A stretch of 64,000 bases of DNA from contig NW_002060944.1 of NCBI RefSeq assembly GCF_000150275.1, positions 2,642,152 through 2,706,151 of the forward strand. Direction: 5' to 3'. Under the pieces are notes generated by a model. The model saw only the letters and a program-made list of their open reading frames with translations, did not search any database and was not told the DNA's origin. The position numbers and the translations under genes are program-made. Shown piece by piece: positions 1 to 15,600 of the stretch (position 1 is the stretch's first letter; each line of letters opens with the position of its first letter). This DNA comes from Trichoplax adhaerens (Eukaryota; Animalia; Placozoa).

Positions 1-170
1 ATTATTTAGTAGTCTATGATGCAGTAGAATACAATGGAAACTAAGGTGGAAAATATACAACATAAAACTATCAAATACTTCTTTTTAAATACTAAATGCA
101 TCACTAGTTAGCAAAATTTCCTATATTTTCAATAACAATATTAAGGGATCAAAATTTATAAATGGTAAAC

Positions 171-3100
171 CTTATTAACAAAAACGCGTAGCTGAATATA
201 TAAGCTCCTGTTGTAGTCAAGAAGTAAGCCAGCGGCAAATTGTATCTTTCAATATTTTTATGCGGAAAGGCAGTGTAATTGCCAAAAAAAAGTATAGAAT
301 ATCGAATAGGGCCCTAAAAAACAATACAGCAGGTTACTTCTATATGTTTACTAAGAATTGTCTATGACGTTACAGTATTCTCGTAAGGTAGGCACTGATG
401 TCATAAATTCCCGCTCATAATGGTCACAGCTACGCTTTATAGAACAAGAGTATGCTAATTGGAAGTATTTCTTCAAATTAAGTATCATTTATGTACCTGC
501 TAACATATATATTACATCTTATTAACTTTAATTTAGTGATATTAAACTTAAAATGCAATTAAAATAGCATATCTTAACACTTTACTGTATTTACGGTTTC
601 AGTGATCTACATGCAGTACTTATCTGAAGTTTATTAAATTAGGGTTGCGATTTGCCCAACTATAGAATATTAAAATTGTAAACTTACCTGAAAGTTAAGT
701 ACAGTCGCTATTCGATCATCTGTAAGGGCAGCAGCAGGAATAGTTGTATCTGTTGTATTAAATAAATACAGCTACAAATTCAAAAATAAATTAGAACTTT
801 GAGCACAATATTGGTGGGAAGTAATTATATGATCTAGTTAGTTTGAAGTCCTTATAAGAAACAATAAACATAACCTTATATTTATTAAATTAGCAGGCTA
901 AATTTTTATGCAAAACTCCCTATATAGGCATTAGATCGGCTAAGAAATGACACTGCTAGCAATTTTTGAATAACACGATCATGTTCGTAATACGATTTAG
1001 TAATACCTTTGGTACAACGACAAATCCCACAAAAAAGAGAGAAAGTACAAGGTTAAGTAAAAACACTCCTCTTACGAATATAAAGTAAGAGGCTACAATA
1101 GAACCAAAGAAACCTAGACATTAGCAGAAGAAATTAAATCGCCATTAGCTGATCGCTACGAAAGCTTACTAAATAATGGTATAATCCAGTTATAATGTCT
1201 TTTGACAGCTAGCCACTTTCATTAATTTTATTTTATATCAGAGAATGGATTGATGGAATAGAATAGAATATTTCTAGATTCAGTTTATATTTTCTTGTTG
1301 TAGCACCTAATGTTAATCTATTGTAATGACTAAAAGCAGATTTCAAAATTCTAATAAAATTAGCAATTATAAGTATTTTCTCTGAATATCATTTTCACTA
1401 ACTATGCAGTGTGATATGCTGTATTTTGAATTACAAACACTGCTTTGAGTAGTTCCAAAGCGAATGTTATTGTAGTTACTGTGTTGAGATCATCAATTAG
1501 CTAAAGTAATATTAACATAATGTGGTAACAATAGCCAATCTGACTGGTTATAAAAAATATTTAGCCCCTGTTAAATGAACTAGTGTTAGGTAACCGTAAA
1601 GTGAGGACATTAAGTATCTTTGTGATAGTAATTTACATGACTACTATCAGTACAAGATTAGCATCAAATCGATGTGATCTGATTAGAATTGAAATTTGCG
1701 AAATTGGGTTTTAGTTGCTAATGTTTTAACTTTAAGGATAAGATTTAATAAATGCCTTATAATTAAGCGCTGCATTACTTCTAATATGTTCTAACATTTT
1801 ATATATTTTAGAAACCACATTTAGAGTTATAAGCCACAACTACTATATCAGGTGATTCAATCAAAAATATTTTGGAGAAATGTATGCGTCGACAATAGAA
1901 TGGATTAGATATCCTGTATCTTCAACGGGTTTGATCGAATATCTACATGTATCATCAGCTTTGAGCTACACTGATATATAAAGTACTAAAATTTAATGAA
2001 TTAAAATCAATATAGAAAAATAGAAAGTATCGTAGCTTACATTCTATAGCTTTAATCCTTTCGCGCCATATTTTGTACCCAAAGAGCAAGTTTCCCAACC
2101 ATCGAACAAGCTTCTTACCCAACTACAAAGTATACATAAAAATATAGACGTAAGCAATCATCGCAGCTTAAGGCATTTATGAAGGAAAATTACAGAGTTA
2201 CGGTAAAAATAAACTTTTCTATCATCTAGAAAATTTTAATTATTATAAACAGATATCTGCAGTATATATTTTCTTTTTCTTGAGTAAAGATAACATAAAT
2301 TTCTACATACCCCTCTGGAATATTGATAATTCGCTGAGTTACGGGAAGTACTACCGGTTTGCTTTTGTACATAAGATTTATGTAATCTAGTGAATAGAAC
2401 ATATTTTAAAGTTACCGTCACTATATTGAGAATTGAAAACTAAAACAGTTATGATTTCGATTGCTATAGTGAATGGTTTAAATATTATCGATAGGGCTTT
2501 TACATTTATCTGATTTTTCTTTCACTAGTTGGCCTATCTATCTATCGATATATGTTAGTTGTTACTCGTATAGATTATTAAAAGTTTGTTGTTTGTTTTT
2601 TAGTCGAGTAAAAGGGAAACGTAGCTATAGAATTCAATCAAAAAATATCAAATATTGTAATGGCGCATTTTAATTGTGAAAACTATTTCTCATTGATTAT
2701 ATTATAGGAATGTAATAAGTAAAGGGATGAATCAATCAAGATATTACCCAGTGATGTCATACAACTTACTCTAATAATTCCTCTTTCTTAGCATAAGGCC
2801 ATGGCAATTCTTTGACTATACTAATAATCTCGTATTGCAATTCCTTCTTTTTCAAAAGCAAATCATTGCTATCGAGGCTATTCCAGTGGAAGATTGGTTT
2901 TATATATTCTTCCTCAACGCTGTAACGATTATTTAAAGTAAACATTATTTAATCAAAAATTCGAAATAGATGCTGTACATTATAAATTTTAATGCCCTGT
3001 TTATAAAAATTAAATTATAAAGTTTATCAAAGAAAAACTTAAGACGATCAATCACTAATTTGTTACCGCGTAAATGTAACAAATAAATCTGACGCCCTTT

Positions 3101-5820
3101 ATAGAAAATCAGGTTTACTTTTATATTTTTACCTTTCGAGGTTGCCACTATAGGGCCTTCTTAATGCTTTAATAAGGAATCCCGGTTGTAAAGTTAGCAG
3201 TTGTCTTTCTTGCTCACTGTATCGGTCATCTAGAACGAGGGTTAAAGTTTTGAATATAATCATAAAGTAGAATTACTAAAGTTATAGTTATTATGGTAAT
3301 GGTTTAACATTTTTACTATCTAAGCTGTGCTTGATAGCATGAGTGTATCGCTATTTATAACACTTTTTTAAGTCTGGGCTACTGTCCTTCAGGAATATAA
3401 GTGATACATCAGCAGATATTAAACAACACTTTGCAAACCTTATTAAGATATACAAGCGCTTACTTATCCTACGAACTTAGTATCACCTTATTCATAACTA
3501 GCCCTAATCTAGTTTCTAGATTAAAGCTAAGACTAAGAGGTAATTAACTCTAACGAAACGTTTTTATAGTAAAGATAAGTAACACCAAACTCTATGGAGA
3601 ACATCTCGTAAATCTTTCATTAATAAGTTTTAGGAAAGTTTTCAACTAATAACGTCAAGTTGACATTCCGAACGGATTTTAGTAATTGAATTATTGACTA
3701 CTACTTCTAATTTAAATATCGATAGCTATAGTCGAATACAGAACGACAGGTAGTTTTCATCGAGCAAACAGTAAGGCTTTGCAACGTGATGTTTGCCTTA
3801 CAGGAAATTAAAAATTTGGTAGTTGTCTTGCTCTGTGGATTGAAGCAAAGCTAGAAGGAATTTTTGCCTCATAGTTTAATAGTAAGAAATTATAGTTTTA
3901 AATGAAATACTAGGATTGAAAGATATCAGTTTAAAACCATTGCACCGACACTAAAGAATTAAATCATCAAATTACAACTCTGAATTTTTTATTGTAATCA
4001 ATGATTTAAATTCAGTCAAAATTGCGATATAGATTGCTCATATAAATAAGATTTTATATTATCATAGAGATTAAGAACAAAATTGATAATATCTTGATTC
4101 ACTATTTTGTTATGAACGAGACTTGACAACTAAAACTGACGCAATGAAGTCGCTACTAGTAAATTTTCTTGTCCGCCAATGTATGTCGGTGGCGGTTATC
4201 GCAATATAATATTTAATGACTGCTATCAGACTTTAAGTAGGTGAAAACACAAAAAAGTCCCATATATGATAGAGGGTTTGAAAAGTCAGCGGCTGTGAAC
4301 TTAGTTGCGATTCACGGAATTGCACAAGGGAAGTGGATACTTTATTGTAGACAGTAACTAAGATACAACTTAGTAGTTATGGTAGATGAGCATGTAAGCT
4401 ATCGCAAGTAACGTGTGAAAGTACTAATACTGTGGCTAGTACAACTAATGATTTCTAAGGTAGAAATCGGTGGCATTTGTAGCTTTTAAGATAGAACACA
4501 TGCAGAGAACAGGATTGTAAAATTAGATACAACGTTTACCAAAACAGACTATGTAATAGCAAATGATTGTAGAAATGGTAAAGACTGTAAGTGCTATAAG
4601 TAACTGTTGTAAATACAGCTAGCCAATTTGAATATGGTGCAAACAGGCTGTAAAGATATCTATGTTTAATATGTTTAAGAGCTATACGAAAGGTCTATAT
4701 TAAGAATAGATTATAGTTACAGTACAGTCTAAATATATTACACTGTATACATAAATCCGAAACAGGTATGATAGAATTTCTGAATTAATTAAATCTTCGT
4801 CCTACTGTTTATTCTGTGTTAAAAGTGATATACTCCTACGTTCGGTTTAATATGATCGATAAATGGTGTCAAGAATATTATAAGCATCTCTATCATTACG
4901 TAATATAAGTACTGTGTTTGATAAAGTAAGGCTTAATTATTTTAGAATATTTAACAGAGCATCGTAGTTTATAAAAGTTAGTGACTATTTCTCTATACAC
5001 GTATCAGTTATAATAATACGAAGCTTATTTTCCGGCTGCAAAAAACGAAACTTAATAGAAGTTTGCCCTTTATATATGTATTGAGAAATGAATATCATGC
5101 TTACGTGTATTACTATTAGCAGCGAAATAAAAAATCAGTTTATTATAATTTAATTTTCAGTCTGTAGGGCAGCAAAAACCCAATGAGCATTCTTTAATTT
5201 TAACATTGTGTACAATAATTCTGTTTAAAACATACATTTCTTAATTAATCTAAGTAAATCTGAAATCGATTTACCATTGAAGTGAACTGATGTTTGCTAG
5301 TTTCTGCTTATTAAAGTAATTTTTGCAATAGCTGTATTAAATCAGATTGTACCCTAACTAAAAATAAAGACAGGGCTTACGTTTAAGAAATGAAGTTTTA
5401 GTCTTAGCGGAACGACATTTGAACTTGCAATACTTGAAATAACGTTACAAGTACTCCGTATACGATTTTCTTGATGATTACGAAGCTTTTCTCGGTATTT
5501 TAATATAATTTTATTCGATATTTGGTGATGAATTTGTGAAAATATCACTATATCGTGTTTATCAATTTTTCGTAACTTGTTAAGTTAACAATAATAAATG
5601 ATCATGTTTAAGTGGAAAAACTATTTTTTTGTACATAGAAGTCTTCACTTATTCGCGATTGGAAACAAATCTAGTTGGTAATACTTTCTCAGAGTCGACA
5701 TTTTTTATTATAACTAAAGCTTCTAAATTATTATGTCTTAGCTAATTACTATTCTAAAATAAAACAATTTACGTTACCGAAACCATCTTCTAAATCTTCC
5801 TGATTTCTGCTGCTTGCCAT
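171..5820 (-). CDS. TMC: Transmembrane channel-like (TMC) protein, paralog A; 5' part only, continues beyond the left edge of the window
   Basis: Phase-consistent GT-AG exons: 5820-5778 (MASSRNQEDLEDGF), 3229-3133, 2919-2770 (IISIVKELPWPYAKKEELLE), 2386-2311, 2122-2041 (KIWRERIKAIE), 1113-1007 (CFFGSIVASYFIFVRGVFLLN, TM1), 771-688, 313-171 (GPIRYSILFFGNY...YNLPLAYFL). Motifs match the TMC N-terminus and TM1-TM2 (IK.IE..FG..V.SYF.F.R; YS.LFYG.Y; Y.LPLAY). Exon structure mirrors paralog B. Confidence 0.9.
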
Positions 5821-8800
5821 AACAAGTACTTTGATTAGCTGTTATGAAAATTTTGATTCTTTGTAGCTACTACTTTTTAAGTATTCTAATGACTTTGATG
5901 AGTTAAAATGTCGATGATTGTCTAGAGGAGCCAATTTATGGACGCAAAGACTGTTTAATGCAGTGGATTACGGGAAGTGATAATCAAAGTATTATTTTTC
6001 GAAAGTGGTTTTCATTTTGTGAATTACTGACTGATATTGATTGGTTGGGTGCTTCTATACTAATTAACATACAGACACGGAAGGACGCTTACGTAAAAAA
6101 TATAATAGTAATACATATATGAGATACGCCTGCTATTGTCTATATAGCCCTTTATATACTACAATCTAGAATATAGGCTAAAAATATGCAAGTTTTATAT
6201 CGAAAACAACTCACCTTCGCTGTCACTTATTTTTGTGGACAATCAATAGTAGGTAGCATCCTTTCATCTGTAATAGAATAAAAAAGGAGTACGGTTAAAG
6301 TAAACGATATTTATTAGAAGGTTATTGTCAGATTGAACATTAAAACCAAAGGTAGTGACGTAGAAGGTTGTACTGGATAAGAGTTCTTTCTTTTATTGGC
6401 TAATTACTATTTGAGAACTAACAATTAGACAATATCTTTATTAAACTTATGTACGGTATCAAGTACCGCGCCATATTGTCTTTGCACTAGAGTATTAAAC
6501 GAATATTCATACCATGGACCATTACGTGCTGTTGAATTACTTTCGAAAGCAAATCATTTCAGATTATTATAATTACGCAAGCTATTACCGTACACTATGA
6601 GATCATACGATCCAAAATCAAATGATACTCATGCTAGTTCCTAGGCACTATGCAGCTATAGTTTCGTATCCTCTTATACCGCACCGGTTGTGGATTTAGA
6701 TTAATTAGTTTAATAAATAATTACTATCTAAATCGCCAGAGATACTTTGTTCGATAGGTGTCTACTATAAGGTGATTGATAATTATAATTATTGTTAGTT
6801 AGGTCAATTAATTATTCTTGTACTGTATGTAATATAAGGAGTTCGGTATGTTTACGAAGCTATGACAGGTAGACCTTCAGTGAGATCAAGGAAATAAACC
6901 TAGAATCTTAGCGTAGGCAATCAAGTTATTCATTCGGACAGAAATGAGCGCGAAGTTCTCGGCAGAAGCGGGAGAGGTTGATAACGTTTTACTCATAGAC
7001 ACTAAGATAATGAATCAGGTGATGGAATCGACAGTTACAGATATACACCAAAACTTATAGTATATGCGTACACTACGTGTATGTGCGGTACGATATTAGT
7101 GGTACATGCAATACTATGAACTCTAAAAGATATATAGTAGTTACAATTTAGTGAATTTACAAATATCTCCGTATGCTCTTATACAATTAATTATTACTGT
7201 ACCTTGTAAAAATATTATTTAGGGCTGCAACAATTTGCCTTTAAAGTATTTCGAAGACTAGTGACAAGGCTCTTATAACTAGTTGTTCCTGTTTTTATTT
7301 CGCTCTAAAATAACATTACGGTATTTATGTATGATAATAATTAAGTAACTTTTATTACCAGTGTTGTTGCGCTAGATCGTACGAATGTATTACTTAGGGT
7401 ACCCTATTCGAACTTCCACGTTCTTTTTATATGGTCAGCACGTTCAAAGTTTCTTAAATTAGTAAATATTAACTATTTGGTTAAGGATATAGATGGATAC
7501 AGTAATGGTTGTAATCAAGAACATAGGGTATAGCTTACATTTTTACCGTTTAACACCAACAATGACATAAAATTAAGCCTAATAATAGGTCAATAACTTT
7601 ACTTTATCAAAACTTATATCTAACATACAGTATGGTGATATATGAGTACCGCTACTTGTTATAAAATTGTAAGGAAAAAACTATCTATCAGAATGGATAT
7701 GTTGTAAATTAAAGGCCAGCTTCATCGCTGGGAAGTTGCAAATACGTACTTTTACCATGGCTATAGACGAATGAACTATTAGATATCTTACAATAGTCAA
7801 ATTTTAACTAAAGTGAATCAATGCTTGGTCTGGTATTAATCATTGGAAAACAGTAATAAATCGTAAAAAAACGACATACTCATATTATGGGTACTATCAC
7901 TTGCTAAGAAAGCTCATTAATGATCAGGATTGATTCATCCTTTATTCTGTAAGATCATTGTAAATGCGGAAACTAATACATTCCAATAAATAAGTTATGT
8001 TATCTTTAGATTTGGTATAAATAGTTTAAAATTAGTAATTATAATGATTAGATATAATCTCTGTTTTTAGCTAATCAATAGCTAACAGCATGTAAGACCA
8101 AATTACGGTCAACCATAAAATTTTGGAACTTGTGTTCCTTTGAACCACTTTCATTCACTGTGACGATACTCATATTGGAAAAGAGTACTAACTCGCTGTT
8201 TTAAGTTAATCTTTGGTTTTCGATCTCTTAACTACGGTACTACTGTAACCAAAGGCGTAGTGTCGGAATGCGTTATGAAATCGTTCATTATACATGGATA
8301 GATCATTATAAGGAATAACTGAAGAAGAGAATTGCTATATTTTAAGATATACATTTCTTTCATTAACCGATATTATAGTGAATTATCTAAATTAGTTTAA
8401 AAATGAAATAAGGAATACGTGACGTAAAAACGTAACGAAATGACCGACGTGATAAAATATTATCGTGAATAAAAGCTTTGACATTAGGAAAATTGATTTT
8501 ATTATTAGAAACGGTACCTATGCGAAAGTGTAAGTCTATTGGCAGTAGCTGTTGGTTACGTTATTGTAAAACTGAAATAATGGAAAGGGAATTAAATATA
8601 CTGTACATCCTCTGTTGTAGGTTCAGTAAACCACTCAGGCATTATCAAGACAGTGAGTGAACATTAATAGCGGTGTTTATTCATTGCGAAGCTACTGGGA
8701 TCCAGTCGTAACACTTAGGTGCAAACACTGAATTTTGACAAATGAAGAGAGTAAATCAACAGATCATTGCGAACTACAACATCCTGAAACTATAGTAAGT

Positions 8801-9671
8801 GTGTGCTGAGATTATACGATAATGGACGTAATAACTCCCTAGTTTAAAAAGTGCAAGTGAAATGGAAATACAGTGATCATATCATTGCCTCATTAATTAT
8901 GATGCCTGGTGCTAATACTACTACTATTTGGTCTTTGGATGGCAAGCATACCGTATCATCGTTCTACATAATGAGCCAGACTCAATATCACATCATCGCT
9001 GCTAAGGCAGTATACGCATATATGTAAATCACCTTGCTTTCGATTGATTATTATTTGTTGCTAAGTAATTGAAGACCATTAATGTTTGGAACATGCCTGT
9101 GTACCGACCGGTAGTGCATTCATACCGTATACGTTTACCTCATAACGCACCTTCAGTGTTGTACATTTGCAAGCAAAGAGCTTCCATAAGTCAAATCATT
9201 ATATCTCTGTTACTGCAAACAGATACACAAAATTACTATCAAATTATTTTTTTAGACATCACCCTCGATAACTATTACGAAAAAGTATTCTGATACGAAT
9301 ACAAGGTCGTACTCGAATTTTACTTTCAATTTGATCTCAATACAGAAAGAATAGAATTTCTAATATCGCATGTGCAAAATATATTAAACTCAAACAAAAT
9401 TAGAAATCAAGGTAACGTTAAAACCAAAGTATGAAGTAGACTAAGCTACTTGTACGTTCACTATTTTAATTTAAATTCCATAATGACAAGAAAATTTTAA
9501 ACATGACACATTCGCAGCTACTATAAAATTTATATGCATGATAGAGATTTGCTCCTTTATAAATAATTAATAAGGTCAGTTAAAACCAGTTAAACTGTAA
9601 GAAATGATTATTTAAATGGTTTTTCAGCGAAAATTTTAATAAAGCATATTAGATATTACTGGGGATGCTAG

Positions 9672-12600
9672 TTATTTCCGCATTTTGGCTTTATATTTAT
9701 AATACATCTCAGATACTGCTTGTCGAGCATTCGTGGGCAAGGAATTTAATACACGTTGCATTTCTTCTCTTGTGAGATCGCTAGGATTATTTTTCATTCG
9801 AGTCATCAAGTCATTTAGTGAGTGAGACGAAGATGACGTCTTTGCTTGAGCTAACTCAGTTTTAGTATTTTCTCCCGATCGATTAGGATCCATAGCTGAT
9901 TCAGTTAGGGATAAACTACGATTAGTCGTTATGGATATTTGATCTGCTTGTACAGGTTCGCTAATTTGGGTTTCGTCAACCGTGGTATTTGGTGTATCAA
10001 ACGGTGGAGTAGTTGACAAGCGTTCACCACTACTTATGTCGTTCAAAGCGGAACCCTTTCCACCGAATGAATGAAAATCTATCTGCAGAGAACTTCTTAA
10101 ATTTTCGGAATCCTGTTGATCACTCGCTGGTGTATTAGATTGTAAATATCTTCCATCGATAGCAACTAGGCTTGATACTTTACTCTTTTGTCTTATTGCA
10201 TTACTTGAAAGCTCTCTTTTTCTAAGTTTCTCTGTATGCAGATAATGATATGAAAATGGCCCCAATTTATTATCCGCCACGTGTATGCGATCTTGATCTA
10301 AATAAGAGACAGTTCTGTAACGATCGCCATAGTATGGCTTATTCTGAACTGTTAAAATATGAAATAAATAAGTATTCCTTACTGTAAGCTGATAAAAATT
10401 TCAAATAAGAACATAGCAAACTACAGGGAAGAGTTGCATAATTATATCTTAAATATGGCAAGCAAGAACTCCAGACAAAACGGTGACATCTTACTCGCAA
10501 GCAATCTCCTTGTATCGCTAGACACAGCCTAGAATTCATATATATATATATATAGTAGATATTAATTTCAAATCAGCACTTTATGTTTAAATGTACGATT
10601 ATATATTAAAGCGTCTCAACCACAATATCATTATTTTATTTCGATACTGCCTAATTATAATGTATATTAGCAAGATCAAGTATTACAACTAGATGATACG
10701 AACCTTTTGTAATTGTACTCTTAAGTCATTACTAAGAGTTTTGTAGCTCGCTGACAAATCACGAAAGTATAATACGATCAGCCTGTAAAGTATTATATAA
10801 ATTTTATATAAATTGAAAATAACCGCAAATGTCAAACTAAATACAATTGACTGTCATCATAATGGTGCAAAGGCCCAATCATAATCCAAAATAAAATTAT
10901 ACAATGAAATATCCTGACAAATTCATCAGAGCGTTTTATCATACGCACACGAGTAAGATTATAAGTGGAATAATAACGAAAGTTTGCGTTATATATTCGA
11001 AGAAAGTGCGAACGCCTTCTGGGCTTCTTCTTACAAAATCATCAATAATTTGATATAAAGTCATTCCAACGAAGCTCCTTTTATGAAATGAAATAAAAAA
11101 ATCCATTGTTTTTAATTAAGAGCTGCTAGAAAATTTATATCGTTATTTTAATTTAAAATTTAATTAAAGTAAGCCGATATACTTCGAAAAGAAAATTCTA
11201 TAACAAGTATCTGGCAGCAATTTACTATAACCGCTAGTGATTACATTTTCTCACCTGTATGGTCCACAATCTGGAGATACAACGATGCTAGTACACAAAT
11301 AAGGCAAAATTAGTGTTTTGAAGTATTTCAATATACAGAATTCAAAAATCGAAACTAAGTTGGCTTTGGCGTAATATTTTTTTAGGATAAGAAAATCACA
11401 ACTTTCATTAGTATTAATTAAAACGGAAGAGCAAGATCGGTTGTACGTGAAAAACTCTACTAATAATTATTAATTAATAGACGTACTTGGTTATTGAGAA
11501 ACCAGCTATAAATGTGGTGATGAACAACATTACCAAGCAAATTTGAAAATAAGTTCCTATAGTGCTGACTGCTGTAAATGCCGACCTTGGCGCTATGTTA
11601 ACAGTCTTTACTGACCATCCACGAACGTAGAATATTATTCCACACTTTACCATAGCGAGTGCTGGAAGTGCAGGAGCAAAAAAAACGCCTAACCTTCATA
11701 AATTAAAGATAAACTCTTTTATTCGTAATTTTAGTAAAGAATTATGATGATTGTATTCTTGATAATTTATTGAGTAAACTGGTTACCAAGCTAAGCCTTG
11801 ACTATAAATCAACTGCAGCACGCTCTTAGCAAGTTCAAATTCTGGGTAAGGAGGGGGCTAAAAACAAATACAGGATACAGTCATGCAGCTCCAGCAGCAT
11901 AAATGGAAACAGTGCATTTTAAAATTTATTGTTATAATTTTGACTAAAATTCGGCTAGCGCACGTAAAATATTAGAGCATTTTAAAGCAATCTATAACAG
12001 CTAAGTCCTTCAGCCGTATATTGAGTAATTTAAGCTATAGCAAACTCTGAGTTAATTCAAAATGACGTATTGTCTACATAAACTGGAATTACTGTTTAGA
12101 TATTCACATTTTCGATTGTACCATCACGCAAGCCAGGAAAACTGCGTACGAATGCGGCTCTTAATATTTCGAAAAAAATTCCAACAAAAACGGCATAAAG
12201 ATCAATCACGGAAACTTTCATCAACTCTTGGCCTACTGATGTTTCCCAGCAACTAACATTCGACGATCCGATAGTTACATTGCCACAAAATAATGGATTT
12301 TGGGCAGTTCCTGCCTGCAATCATGAAATATATGTTACAGTTATTCCTAAGACTATGCATAAGGGCAGAAATAATGCTAATTTCTTCCTGAATCATTTTA
12401 GTATTCCTTTAAAAACATTTCGTAAAAGCGATTTTATGTGCAGAGTAACTATAAGGGCTCGTAATTCATAGCGTTTACTCAGTATAAGTAGTAGATTGCT
12501 TACCACCGGCGTAAGTCCAAATAATGTAAACATTAGCACGCTCATGTTCAACAGGTACATTACCATAACTCTATTATATGTAGCAGATTATAAGGTTTAT

Positions 12601-15600
12601 AAACATTCTAGAATTACATCACTATTGCAAACAAATTTTCTTATATCTGTATATTACACTGTTTTCAATAATTGATGAAATGTTTTAAATTTGTTACAAC
12701 TTGTTAGTACTGTTTCAAAGACCTTTTGAAAGCTAGATTTAGTGAGGCATTAAACAGAAATATATGTAAACTTACCTAAATAACTTAAGTTTAAGTTGTG
12801 TTCCAACCTTATAATTCTCAATTTTGGCAAATAAATCAAATAAAAATGGGGCAACTATATTTGATCCGGCAATTACTAGTGATACCTATAAAATCATAGT
12901 AAAACTGCAATAAATAAGCAATAGCATTCGATGCAGTCATCTTCTAAATCATGTTGCAGGATCATTTCGATTACCATATAGCGGATAATAATATTGTTTG
13001 TATTTTTAAGGTAGCATTCATACGCCCTAAGAGTAAGCAGAATGGCAGCACCACAAGCAATCCAAGTCAATAACACCAAAAAATTAGATATGATACCCAT
13101 GATGATATGAATAATACTGAAAGAAATTAATATTCCATTAAAATAATACATCTGACGAAATGAAAGTACGTATTTTAAATATTTCTATCTAAGTGCAGAA
13201 AAATTAAATTTATTAAATGTGCAGCGTAGTAATAATTGTAATTACAGAGGCCTGGAAGGTTTGTCACGTTCTGTTACATCTCCAATATATTCCTAGTAAA
13301 GAAATGCACAAATGGCGATAGAAATCAAATGCTTGCTGACTTTATTATAGTTTAAATCTAGATACCAATCAGCTTCCGAAACGTTATTAATCCTCAGTTT
13401 ACGCGCTAGGATATACCAATTTACGAATCGAGTATCATAAATTATAATTATTGGCGATTCCGTTAATACAATAAGGTAGAAATACGAGATGCAAGAGGCT
13501 ATAGAGCTCGTTAATACTCTGCTAATTCATACCCTGAATTGAGTTTTGATAGATTGCTTCTTCTCTGATGCTGAATTGGCAGAAGTAATCAAATAGTCCC
13601 AACGTGTAAATAATTGCCAAGAAAATAGATAATTGGTCCTGGAAGATATGGTTTTCCTATTCGTTTTCTGACGGTGTCGACTAATTCTGTTGAATGTGTA
13701 TTTATGTTAGTCCTAATAAGTAAAAGTTTAACAAAGTACCAAGCTTACAGATCACGTGCAACTACTGTACCTGTTCAGAATATATACATAACTTATCAAA
13801 AGAATGCCAATTTGTGCTATGAAATATGCTATGCGCATATCATAAACGTTTATGCTGTTCTTTGTACCTATAGGTATAACACTATAAGCCCCGTAAAATA
13901 GGAAAGAATAGGTAACCGGCCCCTAAATTCGATTCAGGTAAAGTGTATTAGTCGGATGACGATGCATTTATATAACAGATATAAAATACCCTTTGCATAA
14001 AAATTGATTTCAAAAATTGATAAAAATACCATAGAGATCTACCAACCTGAAAATTGATTACATTTTCAATCGTATCAGCTTGCAGGGCACTATATGACGT
14101 TGACGGTTGAGTCCATTTGTATAAAATTAACTAGTGTAGATTCAAAAGACATTTACAAATATATCTTATACAGTTCAAAAGAATAGAAAGTAACTAAAGA
14201 AAACATTTTAGCAACAATTTAAATTTATTGTGAATTATTATATGAAAGTGTTGTTTATTAATAAAAACTTCAAATTAACATATGAAATATTATTGAGGCT
14301 GCTACCTGAGGAATCAATATGAATCCAATATATATCAACGACAGAATTAGGTTAAGCAGAAACAAAGATCGTAAAAATGTGAAAAATGACGACACAATGG
14401 ATCCAAAGTGACCTGGAATATACAGAACGGCAGTCAAAATCATGTTGTAAATTTAAGCGCAAGAACAGAAATACAATGTTCTACTGTATATAGAAAAAGC
14501 AATCCCTACTAAGTCGCTTAAGTATCATAAAAGGAGCATTATAGTTGAAAGCTATCTACGCGTAAATTATGACGTGCAATATAGCAATAGCAGTACCTTC
14601 AATTAATTTGATTCGATTTTCCCAGACAACAAAATAATTGAAAAAGCTTTTAATGCTACGGTAAAATTTTATCGTTCCCTAAGCAATATCAATAATTATG
14701 CAAAATATTACATCATTAGAGCTATCATTAAAAGTTATAGGTGAGTAGAATAGCCTCTATGGTTACATTTGGTTGCAATGTGAGCATATTGAATAATCAA
14801 ATAAAATTGATGCACAAGATATTTTTGTGGCAGCTTAAACATTATTTTTACGGTAGTATAATCTGTTGGTTACTATTCTACTGCTCACAAATCTATAATT
14901 TAGTAGAAATAGTTTTAATATACTCATTAAATTATAATAATTATAATAGATTTATAGTACGAACCGTAGTTCTAGAGATCTTGGATCCATGAATGTCGAT
15001 TACATCACTTGAAACTGCATTCATGAATTCAATATGTTTACTATTATTTATCAGTAATGACATGATAACAGAGATCAGAAAAGTGTTTTAACCGTGGAAA
15101 AATAAAACTTTGATCATATTAGTGGTATATACGTAGGCAATACTCGAGCTAAGAAAGTCATAAGATCACACTAATATACAATACCACAAAATCTATTTAT
15201 CTTACTTCAAAATTTCCATCTTTCTGTCAATTGGCCAAGGTAAGCCTCTAATTTGACTAATAATTTTGTGCTGTATTTCCAATTTTTTAGTAAAAAGCTT
15301 TTCACTTTGCCCATCAGAATATTCAAATAATTCCCAACGATTTATGAAGAGGTCGTCAACTCTAATTGAGAACACAAACCGCAAGTCAATAACAAAAGCA
15401 CACAATTTTACAGTTAGTATTGAAGCAGCAAGAGAGTCGATTATGTCATGGAAGTCAGTAGTGCCTTTGGAATACAGTCATATTAAGATTAATTAAGTCT
15501 GGTAAACAATTGAATACTTATATTTTTTAATCATCTCTTCGTATTAATAAGAAGAAAACTTGGCTTACCGACACCTCTCTTCTTCACTTGTTGCGGACAA

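Noticed and set aside
6215-6267. Exon-like segment (TTACAG...GTGAG, minus strand) as a coding exon of TMC-A
   Set aside because: Stops in all three frames; at most a 5' UTR exon.
8670-8730. IAKLLGSSRNT peptide resembling a transposase helix-turn-helix
   Set aside because: Very short, interrupted by stops, with no catalytic domain or terminal repeats.
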